From: Paraphysomonas bandaiensis
Lineage: Eukaryota; Protista; Chrysophyceae
DNA length: 64,000 nucleotides
Direction: 5' to 3'
Assembly: GCA_965644295.1 (NCBI GenBank)
Contig: CBFFRP010000192.1
Coordinates: forward strand, 1-64,000
Positions 12,401 through 27,670 of the stretch are shown in pieces (the first letter of the stretch is position 1; each line of letters starts with the position of its first letter). The notes beneath the pieces are model-generated. The model saw only the letters and a list, made by a program, of their open reading frames with translations, was not told the origin of the DNA and ran no database searches. Both the position numbers and the translations under genes were made by a program.

Positions 12401-15400
12401 ACCTATAGTTATTTCATTTCAGTTTTCTATGTGGAACGAACCATTGTAAATTCACTTTCATTTTGTCCGACACGCAAACTGTTCGCACTTTTTTCAATGT
12501 CGGTTGCTAACCTACATAGCTTTCAGTTCATATAGTCCAAACCGTACGAATAAACCTGATAAGAGCATCTTTATCTAGCTCAGATGACATGCCGAGATCA
12601 AGCATTACAACATGCCAGTGTGCAGTCCTACACGACTGAGTGAGCTGTCATCTATATAAATTTTATATGTGAAATATACCTCATCGATGGCGGAGCAAAG
12701 TATTCACTTTGGTGTGGCCCTGCCAATGCCATCAAGAGGTCGCTATTTGTCCAAGAGAATAGTTGATCTGGCCTCCTGTACACTTGGTAAGTATCGATTT
12801 CCTCTTCCACGAAAATGTGCTCATCAAATGCATTGTCACTGCCGTTATTCGGGAGAGCTCTCCACGATGGAACAAATGCTACATTTTTGAGAAGCTGCAA
12901 GAGTTCCGTATCTTCGCGATACTCATCCCACTGAGCTGCTAAACTACTCATAATCCGCAATCTATCCACCCCGTACATATGACCAAGCGAGGGGAGTGTG
13001 AATCTTCGAACTACAGCAGAAGGTGTGAGCTCATCTGCACCAATGATATAGTAGAGCTCTAGTAAATCTGAATCCGCAATAAGAACTACCGGACTATGGC
13101 CCTTCAAAGAATCATCTGTATTAATTGAGAAACCATCCCGCTTCATAGTGGAAGTCTCAGACAAACTCGCGAGTGCCGTTTCAGAATCGCACCAATACAC
13201 ACCATTGCAGTTAGCGACGGCTACAGAAGCCCCATCCCGAGACGTAAAGAGCGGCAGTATTTTCAAGTTCGCAATCTCCTCTTCAGACAGAGCCCGCTGT
13301 CTGTGCGCATTTAGTATTTCTAATAAAATATACTTCCGTTGGGTGACTGTGAGTGAATCAAAATCCAAAAGTGGTCCAGCATCAACTAAGTCATCTCTTT
13401 CGGAAAGACTAGGAGTCGACTGTGAAAGTGGCATTAACTCATGAATAGTTATGTGTTGGTCATGAAGGTAACTCAAACACGCAAGAATTTTATGCCCCAC
13501 ATGACACAATTCATGATTCCGCGTGTTTAGATGAACCCCAGAAGTTCTAATGACTGCAGGCAGCTCTTCGAATATTCCAACGTCAATAACAGGCATACGA
13601 AGTGTTTTCAAGGCTTCTCCTAAAATGCTGGATGAAAAGGTATCAAATGTTTCTTCGACAGCACCCATCGTGTCTTGAGTACCTACAGGTGGCTGTTCTA
13701 GACTGACCCCTTCTTGAGAAAATGTTTGTGGCGACTCTCCTCGCCCAACATTATCTGGGAAAAATTCCTGATCTGCAGGTACTCTTTGGGTAAAACTTCG
13801 GCATATAGAGAGCTCCTCCAGCATATCAGTCGTTGTATAGCGCTGTATCTTCTCAAAAATCGCTTTTCCATCTCTATGTATCAAAGACGTCAGCCTTCCT
13901 GCTTCTCGGCGCAAATTTTCTCTGTTCGCTTCTTGTTCACGAGTCGTTCCTCTTGTGCACAGAAGGAGTGGTGTGATCGTGGTGCAAATCAGTAGGCGTT
14001 TGCTTCCAGCAAGCACTGGTAAAAGAGGTAGGTTTTCAAGGACGAACAACTGTTGTCGATCACAGATTCCAAGAACATCTCGCCACAGTATATACAACAA
14101 CAAATCGGAAGGCTTGGATGAAGTCACACAGACATCTACTCCACGGCCTGAACGTCCACATGCCGAATCGACAGTGGAATTTCCGCAACTTGATAACACA
14201 GGTGACCAGTCTATCGCTCGACAACGGTGCCACGTCACGGGTAAAAAGTAAGTTGCGTTGTCCTAACCAATCAGTAACAACAACGCGAAGGGTGCTATAC
14301 AACCCTACCTTTATAAATTGAGTGGACATGTCTTTAATATGTAGAGTGTCTCTGAACATACTATTACCAGCAAGTATACCAATGTCTTCAACAACAAACG
14401 GGTGAACATACAAGCCGCGGAGTAGTGGGGCAATTTCATGCATTGCATGCGGAGCAATTATAGCTTGATCGCGGGGACTAGTTGGAAATCTTTGCGTCCG
14501 TTCATCTGCCATAATCAACAGAGGAACTCCAGCTATTTCTCTGTACATCCTCCGTCTAGCAAACTCGCCGTCACTGGGATTCCTGTCCATGTCCGACACA
14601 CAATAGCGAAGCAAGGGTAGAATGACCTGCATGGGAATCAAAACTGCTTAGAGTGTAGCAGGATCAACACAAATTTAAAACCTCAAATCTTCCATTTAAC
14701 CGACTGCAGTGTGTACGTGCATCACTTCTCAAAATATCGCGAAATTTTGACGGGGTCAGAGCATCCACTTGAACCCCTGCCAGCATGAAATCCTTCGTGA
14801 CCTGAAGCAAGGATGCTGTATTACACTTAATTATGTTGCACTGTTAGAAATTACCTGTACTGGAATATCTGCAAATGCCATGAATGATTGCAAATAAGAA
14901 TTAACCTATGCAACATATTTTATTTTAAGATATGTTAAATTTTATTGTAGTATTGACTCACAACGGCAGGAAAAGGACTCGTTGGGAATACCAAAGATTG
15001 CTGACATTCGAAGCCATTTCTTCCGAGAAAGAGCTCCTATTACATATTAGCACCTACTCGAACAAGAGTCATACAACAACCTTCGTCGCCAAAATGTTGA
15101 GGAGCTGGGTGCGGCATATATGGAAGGAAAGTTGAGGCTGAAGACGTGTGAGGTACGGCCAATAGCAATAGAAATATTTTAGCTCCCTCTGCCGACTAGG
15201 ATCCTTTGTAGCCAAACGTATAATATCATCTCGAATCTAGAATCCATTAGATCTCGCTTGCAACCTAGACAGAGAACTCACCTCCAAGAGGAAAGGGGCG
15301 AACATGCATTCCACACAAGATGTTAAAAGAGTCAAGTTCCATTGATTCAACTGATCTAATGGCATGATTTGAGTACAGGCGATTGATTCATGATTCCTTG

Positions 15401-18400
15401 TTCCCGGAAATGCACCCGAGTCAGGCAAACTTAATCCTCGCCTATCCATGTGCTATTCGAAAATTATACGCAAAACATGACGAGTATATCATTTACCATT
15501 ATAAAAGATCCTTCTATATGAAACGGCAGACCTGTTGGGTCACTTCCAACTTGTCCTCCACTGCAATAAACGTATCTGTTAAATATTCCCCAGTTACGTT
15601 CTCTGACATTCTTTTGTAAATAAGACGGCGCTGATATCGGTGCAGCAATTGAAACAAATGGCATGAGGCCCAGACGACGGTACGGGTCTCTCAAAGCTAA
15701 ACCACGACTTTTCTCTAAACCCTGTAAACAGTGGACTAACCACTCGACATTATGGTCATGCGTGCTTTGTTCGGACTGCTTAACCTCAGCTCGTGATATA
15801 CTTTCACCAGAACAACCCTCCAATACAGAGAACTGGTCACTGAAGAGAGGTGTTTCGATTTGCCCTAGCAATCCATGTTTGTGATTTACAATCGCACGAT
15901 ATGAAGACTCTGCCAATGGGCTTTGTTGCTTGAAAAACGAAGTTAGAATATTCCCAGACTTTTTCCACGATCTATCACTGATAGTTTTCTTTCTGATATA
16001 ATGAACCTGGGAACCATTGACAAGATTCAAGGCATAGGATTCTCGACAAGGAAAACGATCAGAGGGTGTGAAGGCCGAGTTATTATCATATATAGAACTG
16101 TCTTCAAGCCAATGCTGAATCGTGCATGTAAGAAGTGACACACCAAACAGTAAAGAACCCTCAAAACGCCCCACACAATCCCGCAAACAAATCTTGACCT
16201 CCTCTTGAGAAAGTATGTAACTTGAAATAGGTGATGGTGACCGCCGCAACGACATCCTTATCAGAGTACCTGGAATGCTTCCACTATCCTGCAGTGATCC
16301 CGAATATATTCCATTAAAAGAGAGTGATAGCAATGGCGAAAATTGGTCAGGAAACTGTGATAAGACACTTTGGTTATCTTTTCCAACTAGTGAATACTGT
16401 TGTGCCCGAGAATGCAGTCGCCCACTGTCGGATGTCCCCAGCTTGTCGAACTTGGCGTCCATTTCATTGCAAGGTCCCATGAGGTACTGTCCACATGGAT
16501 CAAAAACGAAGAACTGTTTTCCACTCAAAACTTGAAGGCAGTCCGTAACCACAAATGCAGAGTTCAACCTTTTCCCGACATGACTATACTTTGCATCAAC
16601 ATCCTCAAGACTTGTGTTGTCACTGTTGCTCCTTGCGACTGTCACTGTAGAAGGTAGCTTGTGCAAGACAGCAGGAGACATTAGAATCTGTGTCAACTCC
16701 TCGCCGCCCAAAACAACCCCTTCCATAAATATAGATATTGCTTGCCCTTGAGCATCAGCAAGCCCCGGATGAATAAGAGACTCGCACGGGTGGGTGCGCT
16801 CATCATAAATCACATGCACAGCTGAAGCACCCAGATAATCGGCCAATCCAACCAAATCACCCAGAGAGTCATGCAAGCGATCGTTTCCCACAACTTCACG
16901 CACAGCAACGGCACTTGGACAAACCATATCATTACCAGAGAATAACTGCTCGCGAAGCGATTTAGCTCCTAGCAGCAGAGCAGCTTCGACGTCGACAAAT
17001 TTGTGTATGAACCTCACGCCTCCACCTCCCCTGTTAGAAAGTTGCGTCGAAATCCATGGGGCATCGTCGAATGATAATGCTTTCGCAGAGCACATAATAC
17101 TCTGCCTATCTGGTAAAAATATTTCACCCATTTCATATCGGACCTGTTTCAGTCGGTGCGCCTCATCATACTGTTGTGATATCGCAACAGCTGCATTTTC
17201 ATCACCTGCTTCGTTGGTGCACCCAGTTTCGAAAACTTCTTCTCTCTCATCGATGTTATCGTATTGTGAGGTTGAAATTAGTCTATCGCCGCTTCGACCT
17301 CCCTGCATCAGCCTGGCAGTTATCTTTATTATTCCCAGGCACATATCAAGTTTCTCCGGTGGAAGAGGTCGATTCCTATATGTCGAATGAAGATCTCTAA
17401 GCAGAGCCGAAAGGTCACTTGGACCAAAAGCTTCTTTTACCCCTAGCTTCAATAAGAGTAGCCGATAGGACAACAACTCTCCCTTGACAACGTAGAGAAA
17501 TGGCTCAGTATTGATACTAGACAATGGTTCAAATGCTACCCTGTTGGACTCTACGAATTCTCCACCCACCCAAATAGCAGCTTTCATACGTAGTGATCGG
17601 CACCATATCTCAACCTCCACCTCACTCTCATTTTCCATTGCCACCGCCAGTGCAGCATACATCCGTGGAACAACTGTGTAACACACTTTCGTAAGACTGT
17701 CCATATAATTTCTTTGTATCGCCGATGTAGATTCCAGGGAAGCGGCAACACTCATATTCAAGAGTGCTAGAAGCTGTTGTGTGACAGATCTACCAGAAAT
17801 TGCCTTGTCCCACCCTAGCACAGAACGGAGCCGTTGACTCTTAACATCTACATTTGACAGACGACATGATGATGAGCACATCCAAATATTCTCTTGAGAA
17901 CAACACTGGGATGGCTTGGCTATCTCAGAAGAGTGTATCGCTTGCGGCCACGGTGGTATACAACCATTCAAACGTGCGACTGAAGGAGGACTAACATACA
18001 CAGGCATCCACGATAAGTCCCGCAGAGTAGCACACCAGGCCGATAACTCTGAGGACTCGTGTTCACCTTCACTTCCGCTTTCAAAATCAACAATTAGTTC
18101 ATCGATATTCATGTCCAAGTACCGGACAAGATTGACAGCCCGCTGAATTGTGTCACTAATTTTCACGCGCACATCAGAATTATGTTCATTAAGTTCAAGT
18201 CCACTCTTACTGGTTTCAAATTCAGAATGAATGGCTTCCGCAGCCCGCAAAATGCCACTTGAGCTCAACGATGTACCCAGCCCTAACAATCGAAGTGCAG
18301 CCAACAGTGCACTATCTGATTGATAAAGGGCCTGGTCAGGGAAGGCGCTTTGTGGCAAAAGAGATGATAAATACGGAGCGTGTGGGTCGAATAAGCTATC

Positions 18401-21400
18401 TGGTCTGCATGGCGTCCCTCCAGCACTTTTGATAAATGGGACTGTACGCAGCTGGTGTATAACTCCAGGATTATCTTTCTCCAGCATCGCAAGCGATCGA
18501 AGTAACTCTATAGATAGGGAACTTATCAGTTCGTCCGAGTACATTCCCGCTTCGATACGTGGAATAACAAAATTCGAATAAAAACTCCCCCCAGAAGGTT
18601 CAACAAGACCAAGCATTGAATAAAGTGATCTGTCCCGATGATCCCGAATACGCACAAACCTATTATCCAAAAGAGACTCATTGTTCACACTCCGAGGTGG
18701 GATTTGGAGAGCAGGTGTACTATCACTATCAGACAAAAGCGGCGCATAGCTAGTAGCTGAAGAAATATACTCTGGCAAATATCTTTCATATACTGGAAGT
18801 GCACAGAGGACACGGCATTCTGCAGCAGATACTGATTCTAGTTTCGCCAGTATGTTATCAAGAATGAGAATTCTAACAGCATCTCTTGTTTTAACATTCC
18901 ATTTTTCCGACACAGATGCAATGCGCTTCTCAACAGAGCAGAGTGCACTCAATAGCCCGCGTGGAGATGGGTCACATAAAATACTGGTGACCTCTTGCGA
19001 GTATGCAGAGTTCCCTAATACTGAATAATATCAAGTTACAATAATCATTTAGACTAAACCAAACTCACTCATTGGATCAAAAATATATAAACCTAAGTCA
19101 TACAAAGCGACAAGAGAATCATCCGAACAAATGCTGTCCTTCAACGCCATATGCAATATTGGGGTTGACTGATATATTTTAGACAAGTAAGATCCCTCTA
19201 TTAAAACATAAATCGTGATTAGAATATGGTTCCATGAATGTACTATTAAGGAAACCTGGCTTATTGGGAGGCTGAATAACAGGAACTATTGGAAATATGT
19301 CTTCAAATAAACTCAAACATTCTCTCTCGATGATATATCCCCACAAGGCTTGTAACCACTCCACAGATACAAGTTCCTTTTGCTGACCATCATTGCATGC
19401 TGAATTCTCGTGCGCGACAAGTCTATTCACTATTGTGACGTCTTCGGAAAACCAGAAGCTATAATCAGCATATTACACACACATCGCTCAGAGTTCAATA
19501 GAAAAACCTCGGAACAATTTGTCGAAGTAATTTCAACGTATCCAGAGGTGTTAACTCACGAATATTGCACTCCTCCCCAAAGTTAGAGCTTCTAATTACA
19601 TTGTAAGTATGTGTGCCAACCACTCTCTCGCTGGCAACAATATACTACATAGAGATGAATGTGATAAGCGCGAGAAAATCAACACCAAAACACCTGTCCC
19701 ACACTTTTCAAAAGCTTCCTCTCTGCATCTGTCGCGATGAACAGCGGGAAATCTGTTGAGTTTCCCACAGTTCCAAGTTCTCCTAATTTCTCCATTGGAA
19801 CAATAGATAATCCATGCAATGCAGAATACGATGTCGGCGGCATATCCCTCATCGAATAATCCAGCAAAAAAGATGCATTCTTTTCTCTCTCGTGATCAGA
19901 GAGCGATTTGTCATCAAGTGCAGGGTGACCCATCGGAGGCCTTGTCATCATATGTGCCCGAACAAAACTAGGAGTTATGGCTCCAGCAACACATCTCGAA
20001 TCCAATAGAGTACTTATATTAAAATATCAAACAAATAAACACAAACGATGTACATCTACCTGTAAACCTGAGGCGGTACAACAGCGACACTAACGTTCTC
20101 AGCAATTAAAAGTTTTTCAAGCATATGTACATCGTCTGCTCCATAGCTCCAATTTCCATCATTTAGTGGAGACTGGTAATCATTGTTTCTATGGTCTCGC
20201 AGTAACAGAGCAGATCCAACAGAAATGTACATGCCTCCATTGCAATTACACCACAGTAACTTCATTGCACACATCAATATGTATACCAGCATAAAATAGG
20301 CTCATCATACCTTGGCGTCACGAATAAGAGGGAGTACTGCAGCACTGACAGCGTCCCAAGGACTTGGAGGAGGTGGACAAGGCAGGAGAGATAGAATTGA
20401 GGAATAGCTCTGGTCAATAGAGTGGAATTCATTCTGGATGAGGGGGGAGCTTGTTGATGGAATATGTCCATTGATCTCTGCTGCCAGCTTTTGGAGAAGC
20501 ATTGCGTAGAGAGGTGCAATGATATCTTCCATCAATCGGGTATTCCAATGCCCCCGCAATTTACTTTCACCAGTTGTATCATCTCCGCGCCATATATCTC
20601 TTCTATTAGAGCTCAACTCGAAATAGGCATTTATATGTACTGGAAGGTTAGTACGAATAGGAAGCGGCAAAAAACAAAATGCAAGCCCGTCTATAAACGG
20701 AAAGTTCAAAGAAGTTGAAGGTGTGAAACTGTCTGATACGCAGGCTGCAACTGCGCCCATCTAATGAATAAATATTACAAATTGCATACATAAATAATTA
20801 CGATACCGGCACAAGTTTAAGGTGTCTCGTCCTCGGGTCACAGGCCAAGGCCTTAGCCCCGCCCCCGCGTAACCCAGATGCAACAAAGTATTCCACGGAA
20901 GAGTGAATAAAACCATCATCCTGCTTCACGTCATCTGATTTAACGAATGCATGTCCATTGACAAGAACATCAATAGATACATGCACTCTGTAAGTGATAC
21001 TCGGCAGTTTACTATCTGGAGTGGATGACAACAGTGTGTAAAAGGCATCTCTTGTTGGTGGTACATCAGAAGAGCCCGACAAGTTCGCTTCTTTACTGAA
21101 TTTTTTCTCAAAATATCGTAGTAAAGACTGATCGTTGTATGCTGTTATGTTAGACATCGAAGACAGAGCTCTCTGGCATAAAACAGGAGATGCGCTACCT
21201 TCCTTAAGGCGATACACTTCAATAGATGTCACTGACCGCAAAAATATCAAATGATGAGCCAATTGTGCAGTCAGCTGATCGAGTAGCTGGTTAGCATCTG
21301 CAACAGAATACGAACGCTTGCTAATTTCACTTTTTCTAGCCAGTTCAGGCGTTCTTAACGGGAAACGAAACAATGTTCCAGGGTATGGGTCCTCAAAATT

Positions 21401-24400
21401 ACATCCAAAAAACTCATATGGCTTGAATTGATCTGGAAATGTATTCCTCAACGAATTGGAACAGAACTTCATCCTCAGTCCAGGTTGCGCTGCAGTTGTA
21501 CCCGGAATAAAAGTAGTGTGAGGGTCAAATACAACTAGATACTCTCCTGAAACAAAAGATGGTGTATCAGTCAAATGATACACACTGTTGAAGCCTAGTC
21601 CAAATCTTCCAGTTGCAGATAGTTTTTCTAATTTAGACCCTTGCCCTATACGAGCAAGACTTCGAAAGTCAGACTCTGAGAAACGAGAGTCATTAGATAC
21701 CAGCAGTGACGGGCCTTGCAAGGGCGCCACACTGGCATCCATAAGAGACTCGGTAGGATATGAATTCTCGTCAACCATAATTCGAACAACAGAAGCACCA
21801 GCATCATCAGCGTTCTGGATAAGTTCAGATAGTATCGGGTTGCCATCTGTCGATGTAAATACTAAATTATATGGTATAGTCTGGAATATAACTCACCTGG
21901 GTACATATCCAAGATAGTACGAAGTCTTCCAGTGAGAGACTCCGCCTGTCCAAATGCTTCAATGTGTGCATCTGCGTCATTAAAAAACGACTCCACACTC
22001 CGATCAACAAGCATGAGCCGCATCGATTTCACACCTACGCGCTGTGCAACTTTAGTCGATATGTGAGAGTGGCACAATCGTAATCCCGATCGTGCTGAGG
22101 CGTATTCAGCACCGTTCAGCCATGGAACGTCATCACAAACCAGTGTTGTAGCAACAGCAAACTTCCCCATGTGGTCTGGGACGTATATTGTATGATCAAG
22201 TGGGCGAAAACTATAGCTACTACGATCGCCACCACCCTCGGCGCTCAGCATTGTTACCAACGATACGGCAAGGTCGATTTCATAATCATGCAATGCTGCT
22301 ACAGTAGAGTTGACATCTTCCGTTGCACCTGACTCCACCGCCATCTGACGGAGAACCGCAACATAATCGCGAGCGTAAAATGTATCCTTGACATTAAATA
22401 AATCTAGCAACTTCCTATACACAGCTAGATCCTGAGGAATTACATATAAATACGGCACTAGACTAAGCGCGGAAGAGTATGCTACGCGATTAGGATGTAC
22501 AAAAGTGTCCCCAACCCATATCCATGGGTGGGCACTCAGAATAGAAACAACAGTATTTAATTCATCTGGAGCACAGCTGTTAAGTCGTTGATAAAGTAGA
22601 GGTATAAGTGCTGTTATTGTCTCCCGAGCATTTTGAAGAGACTCTTCAGACTTTCCAACATCACTACCTGAAGAATCAGAACAATCAACTTTTTGAATAT
22701 ACTTCACCGCCAGCTCCTTCAACTGTTCAGCTATGACACTGATAGGCAGAGGGTCGCCCCACTTCAATGCTCGTACAAGAGAGTCGGAGTAAATGGGATG
22801 AGTCGTGAGACAGAGCGAGGCAGAACACAGCCACGCGTCATTAGAAGGGCGACATAAACGAGGCGGTGCCACATCCACTGAAGTGAGAATCTGACACCAA
22901 GGGATAAATTCATGTGGTGGTTGCTGGCATATTGGTACCCAAGCAATATCAATTAGCTGGTTAATATTAGCTGCTACCGAGGAGGTGTCAGTGGTTTGCT
23001 TTTCAGATCCAAAAAGCCCTCGAAGACTAAAAATCGACGATCGGCGATTTTCAGATTTCTTTTCCTCGCCCATTAAACGACTAATATTTTTCGTCAAATA
23101 TTGCAGAAAACAGGCTCCTCTCTTCTGCCTCTCCGACAGTTGTAAAGAAACGTCTTCGGTATTCACACATCTGTCGGCTACGTCCACATGTTGTGGCATA
23201 CTTTCGATCGATCTTGCACATGCTAACACTCCTGTCCAATCCAGAGAAGATTGAAGCCCTGCAATGCGGAGATGGGCCAGAACATCCTCCCTTTGAAACT
23301 CAGGGCACGGAAAAAATGATGCATCGAGCAGTGCAGTAAGCTCGTCATCGTCGGGGTCAAACAAATCTGATGGTCGATGGAGCGTTCGAGTTCCCATCTC
23401 GTTTGCGTCAGAAGCGTCGTTTCCTATGCTGCCATTGGGAATGTATTTCGCATTCTTTAGTAGCGTACAAAAACCCCGGTCCTCCTCCATTAGACTCACT
23501 ACTTCCTGTACCATTTCAAAAATATCATGTTCAACGGCTATAGGTTCACTTCTATGAAGGGATTCGACACGAGGCAAAAACTCCGTAGCAAAATACTTAC
23601 TGCGGTTAATTACTTCAACACCAAGCAAAGATAGGAGCTCAAGCTCCTGAGATGTGTCATAATGAAGGAAATTTTCAGGAAGCAATACTGGCGACAACCT
23701 GGCCATATTTTTCAACGCCACATACTGAACTCTTCTCGAGGAAAGCTGAGAAAGATCAATATACTGGGAGTTGTGACACAGAGTATATATAGGAAGGCTA
23801 CGAACAATTTGAGCTTCCTTGCCTGTAAAAATGTTAGAATAAAGCTCAAGTACGTAGTACATCACCTGAGAGAGCGCTCACAGGCTCACTACGTGCAATA
23901 AACAGAAACAAACTCTTTCTCTGATCTGGAGATAGCGATTCAAATATAGTAGCGGAGTTACCACTTTCTTGGGTATCCACAAGAGCAGTGACATTTTGAC
24001 GTTGCAGTGAGTCGAGGACACATAGTACACCGCTCCGAGAAGAGGAGTACACATATTCCCAAAGTACTGAAGGCACGGAAGAAAATGACGAAATCATTGA
24101 TTCATCGACAATATGTCCCCCAAGAGCGTCGAGTGCATCCACAACTAATTCAGGTAGATCAATGTCTGATCTTTGCTTCACGATCATGTTGGACAGACGA
24201 GAAAGTGGAAGTAATATTCCTTGGCGGGTAGGAACTATTGCAGCACCCTCTACGACTGCAGTCACTATGTCTGGATGGAGTGATACATATGACCAAAAGT
24301 CTTTTAGGAAGTCTACAAGACCAGCGGCGGCATCACCAAGCGACAGAAGTTGCACCGGAAGCCCCTCGAAACACTCCAACGGCATAATTCGGCGAAGTAT

Positions 24401-26858
24401 ATCAGGAACAACGGAAGGAGAGAAACGCAATACGTTTGACATTACTTCCATTTCTTTATTCGTCAGGAACTCAACCTCAGATGCACCTATAATTGACGTA
24501 TTTACAAGAATACTCGCTGCGGCACTAAAAACTATTCTGGCATCATCGTCACATACTATGTATACTGTACTGGAGGGGTCAGTGATGATGTCATCCGTAG
24601 AATCGAATGACATTAGCAAGTCACATGCACGCGCAACGTCATTATTCGTACGTGATAGCGCGAATCTGGCCTGTGTTAAAGAAAACCCCATTGCAGTCAG
24701 CTCCAAAGCATTTTTCCGAACCTCGCCGGAAAATATCCGTAGAACACCAACTTCACCACTTTCAAGGGGTATAATGGGAAGGAAGTCCATCTCGTGGAAT
24801 GGATGCGTAGGGTCTATATCAGACAAACAGTATTTTAGCAAGAGTTTGCAAGCCTCAGGAGTGGGTACATACGATTCTGCTTGCTTGCCAGTTTGGTTAT
24901 TGGCACATTTACATCTGAGTGAATCTCTTATGAACCGGGGTGTTGCCAATAACTGACAAGCACCAGATTTTATCACACTCTCCCGCAAATTTGGTGAACA
25001 TGTTACCACAGGCTGTCCTGCTGCCAAAAGTACATTTGTCAGTGCGATCATATCATCATCGGACAGGCCTTGCTTGTGGTCCGGCAACATCACTGCGTGC
25101 CGTGTCTCAATCCAAAACGAGTTTTCTTCTCCAATCATACCGCCTGTTCCCAAAATAACGGGGTCGCGATGCTTACTAGATGAAAATATGCTCGATCGAG
25201 GCTTTTTCCGAGCTAATTCTGCGCTCTGTGTGGCAAGATTATTTATGACAACGTTAGAGTTTCTTCTGAGAAGACGCTCTGAGGCGGAGAGCGAAAGGGT
25301 TGCGAGTGCAACGTGTTTCCACGGTGCAGATAGAGAGGCTGATGGCCACAACGACTGATATGCATCAGAGAATCCCAGCACATCCCTGACTCGTAAGAGC
25401 AATCTGACGTACGAGGGACTCACAATATCACGCATCAATGATTCGTTCCAAAGCGCTCTGGTACGCCCATCTCCCTCCATATCAGACCCACCCTGCCACT
25501 GTGCCAACGGAAGTCAAGCATAAAAGGAATAGGCAAGTTTATAATCACAACACCCACCACATCTCTTCTATTAGAACTTAGTTCAAAGAAGCCGTTGACC
25601 ATGACAGGTAGGCCGGTCTGCACAGGCAAAGGAAGAAAACAGTACGCTAGGCCTGACGCATATTCTGTGGAAGAACAGGAAGCGGTGGAAGAGATACGAG
25701 CAGCTACCCCACCCCAAGGTACCAAGCGGAGGAATGCGTTGACCGGATCACATGCAATGCGCGCGCATTGCCCCCCCCCGCCCAGTTGATTACAAACCTC
25801 CCATGTCTCCTCGTACTTTTCCCCGCCGGAGCCGGAACACCTGATTACGAGAGAATAGTCCACTATGGCTTCTCTCATTGACGCTGCAGCAGGCATTCCA
25901 GCAGTAGAAATAAAATTTCCACTAGCAGCTGCACTAGATACACGAACAGCATCTCCAACATATGACCGCAATTCCCTCAACGAGGCTGTGGTGTTACTAA
26001 CTGCGGCTGAAAACAAGGGTACTGGCCGGACCTCCTCTTGCCCCCATATCTGGATATCGATACGTTCCACACTTTTGAGAAATAGAAGCATTGCAGAGGC
26101 TTCTATGCGCAGAGATCTAAGAAGAGATTCTACGTCGTATGTACTCATGACTCTCTTCGATAACAAGGAATCTTCAGCCTGCTTTGGGGTTCGCAATGGA
26201 ATACGGAAGAGAGTACCAGCATATGGCTCTGACCAATCCACCCCGTACGTCTGATAGGGAATAAACTGGTCCCGATAGCGACTCAAAACCTCCTTATTTG
26301 CTAAGAAATTAACCATCTTTCCAGGGTTCGAAGGGTTGACGTCCGGCAGGTATCTGGCCTGTACACTGTTACATACTATCGTTGCGTTACTCGGCAGCTT
26401 ACCTGTGGATCCAGCATTACCAAGTACGTGGAGCTAACAAAGCTAGGAAGTTCCGTCATATGGTAAACACTATTAAAACCAATACCAAATCTACCGATTT
26501 TAGACTTGGTGTCATTGCTTTTCTTCAGGGAATCACCTATTCGTTGTATTGATTGGAAATCCGTTTCGGTGAAAACAGCATCATTGTGTACAAGTAGTGA
26601 TGGTCCTTGAAATTCAACAAGAGATTGACTTGCAAGATAAGAGGACGGGTGTGTTCTTTTATCTAAACAAAAGGTTATTGTCTTTGCACCAGCATCATCA
26701 GCATTTTGAACAAGTTCCTAATTCAACACATGAGGAAAATCTAATTATAACTAATAAACCTTTAATATTGAGGTCCCTTCCGGGTAGTTGCGAAGAATAT
26801 TTCGAATAGATGCAGTCAGATCTACTTTCTGTCCAAAGTCGACCCCAAAAGCGGACAT
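9401..26858 (-). CDS. Sacsin-like giant protein, multi-exon: three sacsin repeat regions (Hsp90-like GHKL ATPase), UBA, C-terminal C3HC4 RING
   Basis: Start MSAFGVDFGQKVDLTASIRNILRNYPEGTSILK/ELVQNADDAGA; GRFGIGFNSVYH and GRFGLGFNSVYH; GTLFRIPLR and GTLFRFPLR; CFLPLP...GFFELSSNRRD. Ends CQIC...PCGHTICGIC.../CPFCR with TAG at 9401-9403. GT-AG introns (first two 42 and 44 nt). Confidence 0.93.
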
Positions 26859-27242
26859 ATTGCAACGTAAATCAAGCTGTCGTGTGCTCGTTGATTTCCA
26901 CAAACAAGTTCCGGTTCTTCACTTCTGTATGTCCGCAAGCATAAATAAACAATGCATTACTTCCTTTATATTCCTTCACAGATATGAATACATTGAACTG
27001 AGAACATGGTCATGTCTGACTGCTGTAATAAGTGGCATACTAAAAATAAGAACTGAATAATAGCAGTGTATAGACTTTTTCAACGAAGGAGCGCTGATGT
27101 TTTTTTGCACTGCACTTTTTTTTTCGAAAGTTGTAATAATTTTGCTTTCGTCCTTCTCACAGCACTCAACGTCACTCCATTAACAGGCTACCACAGGTGT
27201 CATATATGAGTCAATGGTAGAATAATGCCACCAATGCATTAT

Positions 27243-27670
27243 CATGAGTAGTGTAATGACACTAGAACAGAGAAAAGGAAAGAGAAAGAGCCCTAGACTT
27301 CCAGAGAAGCAGCAATCTGTCCAGGTACAACATAACCCATATCTTTCATATTCATGACCAATTTACATAAAGAGCTAGTTGCAACCACTAAACAAAAAAA
27401 TAATGATGAAGGGACAAAATATTCCATTGCCAATTGTTAAGTTATTGATGCATCACTGCCTTGATTTGGGAAGCACGCCTGACTTCGCTCATGAAAATCT
27501 TACTATAGATGACAATATCACCCTCAAACATATTAAAAAGTTGTGGACAGAATATAAAGCATGAGTTATGAAGAGAGAATGCATGTTGGTACGAATCACC
27601 CAAGAAAACGCCCCAGACACACGTTTGAACAGAATGAAGACGCTAAAGATTACCTTGATGAAATGTTGGA
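27243..27670 (+). pseudogene. Spliced coding fragment of unknown origin (possibly transposon-derived)
   Basis: MSSVMTLEQRKGKRKSPRL...Q followed by GT, then ORF 27379-27564 ending at an in-frame stop with coding-like continuation. Confidence 0.25.

Noticed and set aside
9826-26316. Many separate genes and plus-strand ORFs (e.g. 24162-24956)
   Set aside because: The minus-strand ORFs are exons of one sacsin-like gene; the plus-strand ORFs are antisense shadows without motifs.
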